A DNA stretch of 63,095 nt, filler included, from Porpidia crustulata (Eukaryota): the NCBI GenBank assembly GCA_964255105.1. It is 16 parts of 16 records of this genome, joined end to end, with 100 filler letters (N's around TTAATTAATTAA, not from the genome) between each part and the next. Parts side by side here need not be neighbours in the genome. Positions count along the whole stretch, not along the records: positions 1 to 3,873 come from CAXUWE010002203.1; positions 3,974 to 7,836 come from CAXUWE010002204.1; positions 7,937 to 11,799 come from CAXUWE010002205.1; 13 more parts are not named here. One strand, given 5' to 3'. Shown piece by piece: positions 1 to 11,899 of this stretch. Below the pieces are notes generated by a model. That model was given only the letters and a program-made list of their open reading frames with translations. It did not search any database and was not told the origin of the DNA. The position numbers and the translations under genes are program-made. How positions within the stretch are numbered: position 1 is the first letter of the stretch; every line of letters starts with the position of its first letter.

Positions 1-114
1 GGTTTTGTTAGTAGGTTGTGTGAAGATTGGAAGTGCTAGTGTCCTGCTGGTGTCGGATTGCAAGTTGTTGATCTGAGGGTTTGAAGGGAATACGAATGAA
101 GGATGGAGTCACGT

Positions 115-3100
115 ACTAATTGAATAGCACCAGAAAAACCACCGAACCTTTTCATACACCTGCTGCGGACTCATTCTGTCGCCCCACACATGCAGCAATT
201 TTGACCACGCCCCATACGGCCCAAGCTTATCCTCTTTCCTCAGGCGGCCGAAGACGGAGAGCTCGGCGTAGGTCATGCCCATGTCTGATCCATCAATAAG
301 CGAATTTTGTCTAGATATGCGTTGACGGACGAATAGACTTGCCTGCTTCGTCGGACTGTGTGTAGTCGGCGGTGATCGGCTCCAGTTCGGCTGTGGGCGG
401 GGCATCGATAAAAGATTGGAGGAGGGGTATGTTGTATGAGGTGGAGGCCCAGAGGATGAAGCGTTTGAGGTCTGTTTTCGAGATACCGCCGATTGGGTTG
501 ATGTCTGCACTGCTGCACTGCATAGGTTCTCGGGATTAGTTTCACCTGGTTTGAAATATGTAGGAGTCCAGGACTGAGGATGCAGCCTGAAGTTAGGGGA
601 AGTAAGAGAATACACTTACATCGTACTTTGTCAAATAGCCACGCTGTGAGAATCTCGGCGTCAGGATCAATTGGTTAGATATGATGAGTGGGAGGGTACT
701 GACAAGTGACTCATCTACATTGGCACTCCCCAAGACAAGTAATGCTCCAGGGGAAGAGTTCTCCGCGTTATCAGCATTTCGTCCCCGAACCGTTGGAAGA
801 AGTTGAGCGAACAAGTAGCTCAATACCATCCGAAGACGAGCTTGAATATTTTGTAGCGCCAAATTAGAGGCATTGGTACCCCCATACATTTTATACTTCG
901 GAACATACGAAGTCACGGAGGAAAATAGCGATACTATTGCTTTGTACGGCCCGTCGATGTTTAGATCAAGATGATAAGAGCCAATCGCCGTTGCAAGGTT
1001 CTTAGATCGCAAGCGAGTATCAGGGGAACTGTTCTCCTGCATACCCTATAGAAGATTGAGTTAACATTCATCCAATCTGCAAGAACTTTATTTTGTGGTT
1101 TTTGAGATCTGATTTACGAATTGATGGCATGTGACGTAGCTTGGGATTCAACGGATCATGTGAAAGGCTTGCAATGCACTTACCAAATAAGCGGTATGGA
1201 ACAGTCGAGAGGCAATCGCCTGGGAAGATTGAGGCACCCAAGAGCTCGTGGATGGTTCTCCCACAATGTTCAATAGGTTTTTCAGCACTTGAGCACTAGA
1301 GAAAACCAGAGTCAGTACTGCTCAATCAGTAAAGAGCGGGTTCGATTATGATCAATGAGTAGATAAGCTTTCCCACAGCAATTATGGCTAAGGAGCTCAG
1401 GACTTGTGCTAAGCGGCAATGATTTCTCACAATCTACTAACTTTTTGTCCTTTATAATCTCGCTGTAGACAAGTCTACACATCGAGTGAATGATGACGGC
1501 AGTAGCACATGAGTCAATTCCTAGAATGTCTAGGTTAGCATTTCCTCATATCGAATCAATAACATGTGTAGAAGTCGTTCCACAGAGGAAAAAAGTTTTA
1601 TAGATCAAAATATTCTGAAGGACTAGGAAAATATTCCCGGAAGAACTCCATCCGAGGACTTCACATACCTCCGGAGAGGGGGAGAAAGAACCCGGCCTAC
1701 ATTTGAGAGAGTTAGAGTGAACATTCCTGCAGGCATAGGGGGAAGAGTATCTGTGTAGCCTACCTGTTTACTCCTTCTTAGGTAATCCCATAGCCAACAG
1801 GCTGGAGCTAAGCTGATTTCTTCCTCAGGGGTGTGATATCGAACTTCACTGGGAAGTGAGGGTCGCATTGATAGATCAAAATCTTCTGAATCACTTGACA
1901 GACTCATTTCAACTTCAACCCTTTCGTATGAGGCTTGTTGCGTGGCTTGCAGGGCTCTAGATTTGCTTGATCTATACGATCTCACTTCTTCGAGATCGAC
2001 AGTTGCTGTGAAGGTTCCAAGTCAGCATCAGATGGCTAAGCTATGTCCCAAAAGCAGATGACATTTGGAGACTCCAAAGACCGCTTGGGCACGACGATAC
2101 ACGATTATAATACATACCTGTAACAACTTCGACATCCCTCAAGGAAAATTGGCTACCTTGAGCAACCACAACACCATTGATAATGATCATAGCGGAGCCG
2201 TCATAAAATAACCCTAGAACCTCCAAATTAGTACCGCGAAATCTAGCGGTTCGCAGATTAAAATTTTCTTTGGAAGATATATTCACTATCACCATCGCAA
2301 CCCTGTTGATTGGCGTATAAATAAATTCCTCCAGCCTTCAGAGTTGCTTCCCGGATAAGCTCAATCCTAGTATTCAATTTCCGAAGCTCATGATGGGATC
2401 CCGAACTATTGGATATGATCTCACAGCCATCCAAACCGGCTCCGATACCAGGTGCTCTAGGCGTGAACAGCTCCTCACAAGTCTCGGTACCCATGCATGA
2501 ATCTCTTGTGCTAATGAGGGCATCTCCAATACGGGTCTTCTTTTGGTCTGCGATCTTTTGGATACTTCTCGGTAGATAGAAATCTTCGACAATCCTTTCC
2601 CCCTTCCAAGGACTAAAGTAACGCATTTCGCGATAGCTACTCAATTTTAGCTATAACTTAATCCTCAATATACCAAAACTTACTTTCCATCATTGGCAAG
2701 CTATATAATCGCACAATCAATTAGCAGTTTCTAGTCTCATATATCAGATGGATTCATGTACACTGAGCTTAGGCCGAATGAGTAGGATCTTTTTGTTGTA
2801 GCTAATAATTCTGCAGTTGTATCGGACTACGACTCTGCAATTAGTATGATCTGAATAGGAAGCCGAAATTAATGAAAAGGCAAAGACAGGCACTGCATGA
2901 CGTATCCCAAGGGTGCTAGACATCGGAAATGAGAAAATCAATGGTCATAGTATTTACGTACCGTTTCTATGGCATACGGGCATACCAATATCGAGCAAGA
3001 TGTTTGAAGAAATTGGGTCTTGGACGATCTCAGCGAGCGATTCCCAACTATGCAGGTAAATGTCACTCTCGAGAAAGTGATCCAAACATCCGTAACCGGT

Positions 3101-3684
3101 AATTTCCAATTCTGGGCCGATACGGAGTCTACATAAGCATTAGCACAACCATTCTAATAGCTAAAGAAGTGATGTGCTTGTAAGTAGATTTCGGTGATTG
3201 TGTATGCAATTGAAAGAGACTCTGAACTTCCACGACCATAGAGTTCTGCCTCTAAGGGGCAGATTGTACAGAAGACCACGTGTATCACAACTGAAACTCA
3301 CGATGATCCACGCTCTTTTGCGACTCTGATACTCTCCAGGATTCTTTTTTGATTACCTTATGAAATGTTAGCCTTGACTTTGTTCAGCTGTGAGGTGAGT
3401 CTCACCCTCAAAATCCAAGCTCCACTAACGAACGTCGTAGTCAGTAATCTTGATTTCGAGGAAAATCACAGCTATATTCGACGCATCTTGCTGAATGAGG
3501 ATCATGTCCTTGAATCTCTGAACAATTTGCCTGCTTTACGTGGCGTAGGAGCAATGGGGCTTATTTTTGAGATACACACCTGGTTCAAGCTACAACTCGA
3601 CAGTACAACTAGGTCTAAATCAACACATTCGAGATTAGCACGGAGCCATGGTATGAAGGAAATTTGGGATGACATACGGCCCAT
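115..3684 (-). CDS. QNS1: Glutamine-dependent NAD+ synthetase; multi-exon, 3' end runs off the contig
   Basis: Manual splicing gives [58 protein letters not shown] (CN-hydrolase domain). Later exons give [60 protein letters not shown] and DMGMTYAEL. Confidence 0.95.
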
Positions 3685-3873
3685 TTTTGTTCAAGAACCT
3701 TTAGTGATTCAAAAGCTCATCAGAGTAGTGTCTGCGTTAAGGAGGCCTGGCAGTCCTGCCAAGAAGATGGCAAATAACAATCTTGCATACAATTGAGCGT
3801 AATAGTAATATAAATGTTTGTGTTGAGATATATGATGGGCTGACTTAGGGTGAAAAGGGTTGTGGATTGAGTC

Positions 3874-3973
3874 NNNNNNNNNNNNNNNNNNNNNNNNNNN
3901 NNNNNNNNNNNNNNNNNTTAATTAATTAANNNNNNNNNNNNNNNNNNNNNNNNNNNNNNNNNNNNNNNNNNNN
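3874..3973. other. Artificial contig spacer (first of 15; others start at 7837, 11800, 15762, 19719, 23673, 27627, 31576, 35524, 39470, 43414, 47356, 51296, 55233, 59165)
   Basis: Identical N44-TTAATTAATTAA-N44 blocks with stops in all six frames. Contig lengths fall monotonically from 3873 to 3831 bp. Confidence 0.98.
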
Positions 3974-3984
3974 TTGGCTCCTCG

Positions 3985-6774
3985 ATGAACATGTGTCAGC
4001 TATCAGTGAAGCAGAGACATCCAATCCGGCCAGCTTATGGGACACGGGGTGACCCAGTGACACTATTCGCCAATTACTTCGAACTACTCACGGCGCCAGA
4101 CCTTGTGCTTTACCGCTATAGCCTTGACATCAAATATATAAAAAAGGGCCGTGAAGATGACAAAGAACTCAAAGGTAAAAAGCTTGCTCAGGTCATCAAG
4201 CTTTTGTTAGGACTTGATGAGTATGTGGCTGTGAGGGATCACATGGTCACTGACTTCAAATCCACGTTGATATGTCGCAAGCAACTGGGTCAGAAAGAGG
4301 CAGAGCATTGCATTCAGTACAAAGCGGAGGGTGAAGATACGCCACTGGAGGATGCGCCGAAGTACAATATCAAGGTAATTGAGAGTGGTATTTTAACCGT
4401 TGCTCAGCTCACGGCTTTCGTTATGTCAACGTCTATCGATCTCGCGTACACGGATAAGGAGCCCACCATCCAAGCACTGAACATCATTCGCGGCCATTTC
4501 TCGAAAGCCTCGGCCACGCGGACCACTATTGGTGCAAACAAAAGCTTTTCGCTACAGAATCCCGAGACTCGGAACTTAGGTGCTGGTTTAGAGGCTGTTA
4601 GAGGTTTCTGGTCAAGCGTTCGCGTTGCCGCTACTCGCCTTTTGGTGAATGTAAATGTCACCCACGCCCCATTTTATCGGCCACTACCGCTGCCAATACT
4701 TCTAAAAGAATACGGCGTTTCCCAGAATCTATGGAAGGTCGAAAAGTTCCTCAAAATGCTGCGGGTCAGGGTAATCCACTTGCGTGTAAAGAAGAACAAA
4801 GCCGACGTTACAATTCCGCGCATCAAAACTATCTGGGGCTTGGCCAACGTTGACGATGGTCGCGATAATAATAAGAAAGATAAGATTCTGCCAAAAGTGG
4901 CAAAGAAGGGCGCGGGACCAAAAGATGTCCAGTTTCCCCTCATAGACACTAACACAGCGTCGTCAAGCCCACCTGGTGGTCGGTCCGGAAGCACCTCGCA
5001 AGCCAAGTTCATCAGCGTTTATGACCATTTCAGAAAGAATTACCCTAACCATCCGATCAGGGATCCAAGTTTACCAGTGGTCAACGTTGGAAGCCAAAAG
5101 AACCCTAGTTATCTCCCAATGGATGTTTGTGTGGTTGAGCCTGGGCAGAGCACAACCTCTAAGCTTAGTCCTGTGCAAACATCTGAAATGATTGCGTTTG
5201 CGGTACGGAAGCCATGGATGAATGCGGAATCTATCACGGCCAACGGCCTAGGTACGATTGGCTTGCTGCCACAGGTGAATCCTGTTTTAGCTAGCCTTGG
5301 TATCTCCATGAATGGAGACCTAATCACTGTACCGGGTCGCGTACTACCCGCCCCAAAAGTCAACTACAAAACCAGCTCAGCCAATGTCCGGGATGGCGGC
5401 TGGAATATGACGGAAGTTAAGCTGAACAGGTCAGCAACCTTAGGAAAATGGACCACATTGAGGATATTAAATACCAAGATTGAGACAGACCATCACAGTA
5501 GGATCGCATTAAACCTTCTATGCGACGGAGAACGATACAAATCAACGATGGACAAGTTCCACCATGCCCTCAAGAAGATTGGAATGGATGTCAAAGCTCT
5601 CGATCGTGTCCCTCCTCCAATTAAGGTCGACGACGCTAGACAGTTCGGCCTGATTGATGATACGTTCAAGAAAATTGCTGAGGGAAAGTTTGAACTTGTT
5701 TTCGTAATTCTACCTGCTGAGAAAACGCCCATTTACGACTACGTTAAAAAGATTGCGGATACAAAGTATGGCATTCATACGATATGTTGCGTGAGTACCA
5801 AGCTCGACAAACAATCGGATCAATATTTCAACAACGTTGCACTCAAGTTCAACCTCAAGATGGGTGGTATCAACCAGCTGGTCGACAGCACCCGCCTCGG
5901 CATCATCAATGAAGGGAAGACAATGGTCATTGGCATTGATGTCACTCATCCATCACCTGGATCAGCGGATAATGCCCCAAGTGTAGCTGCAATGGTAGCG
6001 TCAGTTGATAAGCTTCTCGGACAGTGGCCAGCAACCCTCCGCGTACAAGAGAAACGTAAGGAAGAGATGGTAGCAGACCTGAAGGGCATGCTCAAATCCC
6101 GTCTTTTACTCTGGAGGAATAAGAACAGAGTCCTTCCAGAGAATCTGCTCATCTATCGTGATGGTGTCTCCGAAGGCCAGTACGATCTTGTGCTTGACAA
6201 AGAATTACCGTTACTACGGGAAGCGTGTAAGGAACTCTATCTACCTGCAGACACTAAGAAAGGGTTGCCCCACTTCACTATCATCATATGCGGCAAACGT
6301 CATCACACTCGCTTCTATCCGTCCAGTGTAGACAAGGCCGATAAATCTTCCAACCCCAGAAATGGAACCGTCGTCGACCGGGGCGTCACAGAGCCTCAGG
6401 TCTGGGACTTTTTTCTCCAGGCCCACACTGTACTTCAAGGTACGGCGCGCTCTTGCCACTACATTGTTGTGCTGGACGAGATAATTCGGAAGCGCCCGAT
6501 ATCACATCACTTGGGCCATAAAAACGTTGCGGATGTTCTTGAAGACATGACATATTGCATGTGCCATCTGTTTGGCCGTGCTACGAAGACGGTCAGCCTA
6601 TGCCCGCCTGCCAAATATGCCGACTTGGTATGTGAGCGGGCGAGAAAATATTTGAGCAACTTGTACGATGTGAGCACCGTGGCAAGCTCTGTAGGAGAGG
6701 GCCAGCCAGCCAGCGCGACGAACGAGGATATTCAGATCCATGCAAATCTGAGAGATACTATGTTCTACCTCTAA
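3985..6774 (+). CDS. Argonaute, QDE2-like (N/PAZ/MID/PIWI); may lack its 5' end at the contig edge
   Basis: 929-aa uninterrupted ORF containing RPAYGTRG..LFANYF, YLPMDVC, LKFNLKMGGIN, GIDVTHP, IYRDGVSEGQ, KRHHTRF, DFFLQAH and PAKYADLVCER. Confidence 0.95.
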   Translation: MNMCQLSVKQRHPIRPAYGTRGDPVTLFANYFELLTAPDLVLYRYSLDIKYIKKGREDDKELKGKKLAQVIKLLLGLDEYVAVRDHMVTDFKSTLICRKQLGQKEAEHCIQYKAEGEDTPLEDAPKYNIKVIESGILTVAQLTAFVMSTSIDLAYTDKEPTIQALNIIRGHFSKASATRTTIGANKSFSLQNPETRNLGAGLEAVRGFWSSVRVAATRLLVNVNVTHAPFYRPLPLPILLKEYGVSQNLWKVEKFLKMLRVRVIHLRVKKNKADVTIPRIKTIWGLANVDDGRDNNKKDKILPKVAKKGAGPKDVQFPLIDTNTASSSPPGGRSGSTSQAKFISVYDHFRKNYPNHPIRDPSLPVVNVGSQKNPSYLPMDVCVVEPGQSTTSKLSPVQTSEMIAFAVRKPWMNAESITANGLGTIGLLPQVNPVLASLGISMNGDLITVPGRVLPAPKVNYKTSSANVRDGGWNMTEVKLNRSATLGKWTTLRILNTKIETDHHSRIALNLLCDGERYKSTMDKFHHALKKIGMDVKALDRVPPPIKVDDARQFGLIDDTFKKIAEGKFELVFVILPAEKTPIYDYVKKIADTKYGIHTICCVSTKLDKQSDQYFNNVALKFNLKMGGINQLVDSTRLGIINEGKTMVIGIDVTHPSPGSADNAPSVAAMVASVDKLLGQWPATLRVQEKRKEEMVADLKGMLKSRLLLWRNKNRVLPENLLIYRDGVSEGQYDLVLDKELPLLREACKELYLPADTKKGLPHFTIIICGKRHHTRFYPSSVDKADKSSNPRNGTVVDRGVTEPQVWDFFLQAHTVLQGTARSCHYIVVLDEIIRKRPISHHLGHKNVADVLEDMTYCMCHLFGRATKTVSLCPPAKYADLVCERARKYLSNLYDVSTVASSVGEGQPASATNEDIQIHANLRDTMFYL

Positions 6775-7959
6775 GAGACGGTCCATGCAGTAGTGATCCG
6801 GGATGGAGAGGGATATTTCGAGATGGTAAAGGCTATGATGGTGGTTTCACAATGACATTGACCATCACAACTGCGGCTAATATTATTATGGGGGTTATGC
6901 TGACAGTCAACAATCACAATGACTTGCAATGACGGGAGCGAAGGATGAGAATTACTAGCCGATAGTACTAACGACGAATATGATAACAATGATAGTCTTA
7001 CAAAGAAACAGTGCCTGTACATGAGTGATCAAGAGGCACGACTAGCGAAATATTTGTTTAATTAGAGTCTCTACTCGAACGTCTGGATGTCAGTCTCCCT
7101 TCGCCCAGGTCGCCGTCTTCCGTCAGTTCTTCTCGAAGTTGAACGTCTGCCCCCACACACCGCTTATAGTAGATACCACAGTCTCTGACACTGCATTTCA
7201 TCGTAGATATCAAGAAACTTCTATCCAGAGAACGCGCCCATGCTGGAGTTGTAATCTCATTCTTTTAAGTATGTGATAGAATAATGCAGTTGCACTGTAA
7301 GTTTTTATAGTTTGTTACTCGTGTTTGCGAGTGTGTATGGATTCTTGTTTATTGTGTATTTGGAGTGGAGTGGAACCCCACGTTGATGATGAAGCCATAT
7401 CACTGTTTATGTGTCCTTTAATAAAGATTTCTAATCTCTCTCACTTGGGCTAATCGTTCCTCGGTAGGATAAGGAAGAGCAGATACAAGGTGAAGAGGTC
7501 TTTGTGATTTTAATCTGTATTTCTACAGCTGTTTCGTAATGGTTGAGTTGACGTTCGCTCGTGTCTTTTTTATGAAATATGGGTGTACTCGAGGGGATGC
7601 TAGATTGGGTCTAGGTGTCTGGGGGATATTGTTTTAGGACTGGCATTGAGGATAGATACTGTGCTTGGTGAATGCGGTGGATTCGGGATGCCTCGATACA
7701 AGTGCAGTGGATGATGTGTAATCACGACGTTATAGCTGCACATCGCCGTCTTGCTCTTCTCCACTCCATCTTTTATACTCTCAGAATCTCTCTCTATTCC
7801 ACTCCCCAACCATACCAACCCCCTCCCCTTACACTCNNNNNNNNNNNNNNNNNNNNNNNNNNNNNNNNNNNNNNNNNNNNTTAATTAATTAANNNNNNNN
7901 NNNNNNNNNNNNNNNNNNNNNNNNNNNNNNNNNNNNACCACCACCACCACCAACCACGA

Positions 7960-9744
7960 TCATATAATCCCCAACTCCACCGCATTCTTCGTCATCTCCC
8001 TCTCCCGCAGTATCCGCCCCCCATGCCCCAGCATCTCCTTCACCACCAACCTCGTATACGCGTTCAACGCCATCCTGACCGCCGCCGGATCCCGGCTCTG
8101 GAACAATTTCCCCGGCAACGTGCGCCCGCCGTCGCTCGCGCGTTCCTCCACGATGGCCGCGACCATGGCCGTCAGGAGGGCGCTGCAGCTGGCGCAGCAG
8201 ACGTCGCGGGTCTTGGGAATCATGGGGGCTTGGCCGTCGTCGTCGTTGTCGTCGGAGGCTGCGCTTCGGCGCGGACGGTTGTGGTTGTGCTTCTTGGTGG
8301 TGGGTGCGCGGAAGGGGCCGCGGAGTTTGGGGAAGGCGGTCTGCATGGCATGGCAGAGGCCTCGGTCGTGCCAGAAGGAAAGGACGCAGGATGCTGCTTT
8401 GAGGGCGTCGGAGGGGCAGGTCGACGGGGGCCATTGCTGCCGGTTGCGGCTGGAGATGTTGATGTCGTTGCAGAGGATGTTGGCGAAGTCGGCGACCGAG
8501 GTGTCTTCGAACAGAGCTTTGACGTCGTTGGCGTCCGTGGAGAGGAGGAGAATGAGGATCTCTAGGCATCCGAGCATGGAGGCGAATCGCGAAGCCATTG
8601 GTTGACCGTGAATATCTGGGGTGTCTCTGGAGGCTATCAGCTCGAGGCGACTGATGGTGTCATCTTGACCTCGACACACTGCACGAAGCAGCCTGTTCAT
8701 GTTCTTGAACTGTGTCGGCGTGTAGAGCATCTTCAGACTCTCCAGAGCGGCTTCTCTCCTGGAGGCTCCTGTCCTGGGAGATCTCGCAACCTGGCAAATT
8801 GAGACACCGAGCCTCAAACATCCACGTCGTTGTGCCTCGCTAGACCTTTCTTCTTCCTTGGCATTTGAGGGGGGGAGAATTGAAGAGACATTCGTACGTT
8901 GGTGTGCGTTCTTGGGGTTTTCCTTTGCGTTGGCGGTCTTGATGACCTTGCCGGTTTCGCAGGTCGCCGGCTCATTAGCGCTGTTCAGGGCGTTGGTTGC
9001 AAACTTGATAAAGTCCTTTTCAATCTCAGTAACAGGATCCTCAACGCAAGGAAGGTTCAGCCCATCAGCAAAGGAGATGAGATCGTCTTCTACAGGGGAT
9101 TCTTCGCTATCGGTCGTATCTCCTTGTGTATTGACTCGGGCAACTGCGTTGGCTAGAATGGCCACGAAAGATTCGTGGCGTTCTTGGACCATCTGTAGGG
9201 TGATGCCTTGTTCTTCGAGGGCTTGACCAAACTCCTTCCATCCTTGATCCTCGTCCATGACAATGGCCATGTTTTCGATCGAGACAACCGACCCACGGCG
9301 TTTCAGGGTAGTGATGATCCTATCTATCTTGCGCTCCGTCCGAGACTGTGCCGAGAGCAGCAAGAAGCCATTGAAGGTGTTTAGTCTATCGACCTGGGCG
9401 GCGATCCGGGTCCGGATAGGGGCAGTGTCTTTCCCGGCGAACTTGACTCGATTCCAGGATTTGCCACGTCCTTCCATCTGGTACTTGCGTAGCATACTAC
9501 GTATATCTTCCAAGGTTTCTTTGCATTTCGTCGAGATGTCTTTGAGCTGGGTCCACTCACGACTAGTAAGCGAGTCCTTTTGCCTCTCTACCTTGCCTTC
9601 GACTTGGGTCAAGACTTCGTGAAGGGAGATCACATCTTCCAGCAGGGTTTTGTGTTCTTCAGGGGCATCCTTCAACGATGAATAGACATGCCAGGCAAGT
9701 TGCGACACAGCTACAAAGTCAGTGACTCCAAAACCGAAACTCAT
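7960..9744 (-). CDS. Protein with a fungal STAND N-terminal (HeLo-like) domain and degenerate ankyrin-like repeats; no NTPase motif seen
   Basis: 594-aa ORF starting MSFGFGVTDFVAVSQLAWHVYSSLKDAPEE, a typical Helo_like_N start. Ankyrin-like segments LLRAVCRGQDDTISRL and DIHG..ASMLGCLEILILLLSTDA. Confidence 0.7.
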   Translation of the reverse strand: MSFGFGVTDFVAVSQLAWHVYSSLKDAPEEHKTLLEDVISLHEVLTQVEGKVERQKDSLTSREWTQLKDISTKCKETLEDIRSMLRKYQMEGRGKSWNRVKFAGKDTAPIRTRIAAQVDRLNTFNGFLLLSAQSRTERKIDRIITTLKRRGSVVSIENMAIVMDEDQGWKEFGQALEEQGITLQMVQERHESFVAILANAVARVNTQGDTTDSEESPVEDDLISFADGLNLPCVEDPVTEIEKDFIKFATNALNSANEPATCETGKVIKTANAKENPKNAHQRTNVSSILPPSNAKEEERSSEAQRRGCLRLGVSICQVARSPRTGASRREAALESLKMLYTPTQFKNMNRLLRAVCRGQDDTISRLELIASRDTPDIHGQPMASRFASMLGCLEILILLLSTDANDVKALFEDTSVADFANILCNDINISSRNRQQWPPSTCPSDALKAASCVLSFWHDRGLCHAMQTAFPKLRGPFRAPTTKKHNHNRPRRSAASDDNDDDGQAPMIPKTRDVCCASCSALLTAMVAAIVEERASDGGRTLPGKLFQSRDPAAVRMALNAYTRLVVKEMLGHGGRILREREMTKNAVELGII

Positions 9745-10639
9745 GTTGACTGAATTTTCGATCGTAGAACGGTATGTCGGTCAGGTCGAGGGGATTGTTG
9801 GTTTGTAAGCTGATTGACGAAAGGATTTTCAGAGTAAATGGCTTGCTGTCTGATGGATCCACCACATCAACGATATTGCTGGCTGCGAATTTGGCCAGAC
9901 TGATCAGAGTTTATATAGAAAAAAATGATATGCCTGGTCACAGATAACGGAGATTTTACATCAAGGTAGAAGCGATTGGATACACAGCAGCTCGCACGTC
10001 TCCCCCTTATTCTCCTAGATTGATGGCATCAAAAGTCGGCGGTTATTGATCCAAACAGAGAAAGACGGCTAAACCCCAAGAAAGAGCTGCATGCATACTG
10101 ACAAACGTCTTGGTATGAAGCATGTACGAGATGACAGCAGAAGCAGGTGATAAGATTCAAAGAATTAATTGGACTGCGTCGAGTTGCCTCGTAGGAAAAT
10201 CAACTACACGTGCCATGATCGCTTGTCGCGAAAGCGCAGTGAGCTGGATCACAGCAAAAGCAAAAGCAGGCAACCGAACGAGGAAACCCTATCATTGTCA
10301 GCTCTAGCAGCATTATCAAATTAATCTCGAGGCTACAAGGGGTATGCATTAAAACGTTCCGATTTTGTGAAGTCTTAACGTATGCGGATGGATATAGCCG
10401 CAGCCTTCCCCTACACGCGCAACGCACCCGATTGGAAAACATTTCAATTGACCGCAGCGCGTGACCGTTTCTGCCGATATTGGATTGTAGACACTTGGGA
10501 CTTTAGAAGAGAGATGATGTGGATGTGAAAATGGTGAAATAAGGTGTCAATTAGGGTACGCCACTAGAAGCTCACCAATACATTCGACGGTGGATCATTT
10601 GAAGCCACTGAAGCGATCGCGACCATCTGTGTTTTCAAC

Positions 10640-11765
10640 TTAAATTCCAGCTTCAACCGCAGGTACGTCGAGGTCCCAATTGATTTCGCCACCGTCGCCA
10701 TATCGTTGCTTCAGCCACTCGTTTGCCTTCTTGAAATGACCGCATTCGAACTGCGCAATCGCATTAGCTTAATCCGCCAAGGAAAACCAAGACCTGGATG
10801 GTAATGGTTCCACTACTCACGAATCCCTTGTGTGCGCTCAATGGACTCGGGTGCACACTTTGCAGGATGCAGTGCCTCTGCCTATCTACTTTCGCCACCC
10901 TCTTCCCCGCAGGGCTCCCCCACGCCAAGAACACCACCCCCTTCGTCCTCATCCGTGCTACAACGTCAATTACCTTCTGCGTAAACTTCTCCCAGCCCTT
11001 GCCAGCGTGACTGTTGGCTTCGTGCGCACGCACAGTGAGACACGTATTGATTAGCAACACCCCGCGATCTGCCCATGGCGTCAAGAGGCCTCCGTTTTTG
11101 GGAGGTGGCTTGAAGCCAGGATAATCTTTTGCGAGCGCGACGTAGACATTTTTGAGCGACGGAGGCGCCGGGGTCGGCGGACGGACAGAGAAGCAGAGGC
11201 CGTGGGCTTGGTTGATGTTGTGATACGGATCTTGGCCAATGATAACCACCTTGACGGTGGACAAGGGCGTATGGCGAGACCTGGTTCACCAAAGGCAAGT
11301 ACGTTAGTACGTCGAAACCATCCAGTGATTAGAGAGCTCTCCTCCCCCATACCAAGAATACACATCTTCCCCGGGCGGAAACACCTTCGTCCCCGCCTCC
11401 TTCTCCCGCTTCAAAAACCGCTTCAGCTCCAAAAACTCCTTGCTCAACACCTCCTCCTTCAACTGCGCCAACCAGCTCTCGTGCAATGTCTCAATCTCCA
11501 ACGTCAGCAGCTCCTTCTGCTCCGCCGTCAGCTTCTCAATCCACTTCGCCTTGTCGAACTTAGGGGCGGCCGTTGTGGAAGGGAGAGAAGATGTCTGCTG
11601 AGAGCCAGAGCCCACAGCATCGGAGGCTGCGGACGACGTCGCGACATTACTGTCCGTAGAGGGCTTGGGCGCGGTGAAAAAGGACGTGATGCTCGCATTA
11701 GCCTTTGGTTTCTTCGCCGCCGTTGTGGCGAGGTCGACGGCTTTGCGTTTGAGGGGGGTGGACAT
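10640..11765 (-). CDS. UNG1: Uracil-DNA glycosylase, 3 exons
   Basis: Motifs [38 protein letters not shown]. Last exon [16 protein letters not shown] ends at TAA 10640-10642. Confidence 0.95.
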
Positions 11766-11899
11766 TTTCCGGGATTGGGGGGCTTAGATGATGGGTGGAN
11801 NNNNNNNNNNNNNNNNNNNNNNNNNNNNNNNNNNNNNNNNNNNTTAATTAATTAANNNNNNNNNNNNNNNNNNNNNNNNNNNNNNNNNNNNNNNNNNNN

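Noticed and set aside
3365..3796. 143-aa plus-strand ORF
   Set aside because: It is an antisense shadow over the first exons and introns of QNS1, which account for this region.
3845..3860. TTAGGGTGAAAAGGGTT near the contig end, resembling the MITE core or TIR
   Set aside because: Only a single TTAGGG with no CCGTTGAGGGG TIR, which is compatible with chance.
3985..11765. Argonaute, HeLo-like protein and UNG1 as a defence cluster
   Set aside because: Argonaute is on a different contig from the other two, so the adjacency is an artefact of concatenation.
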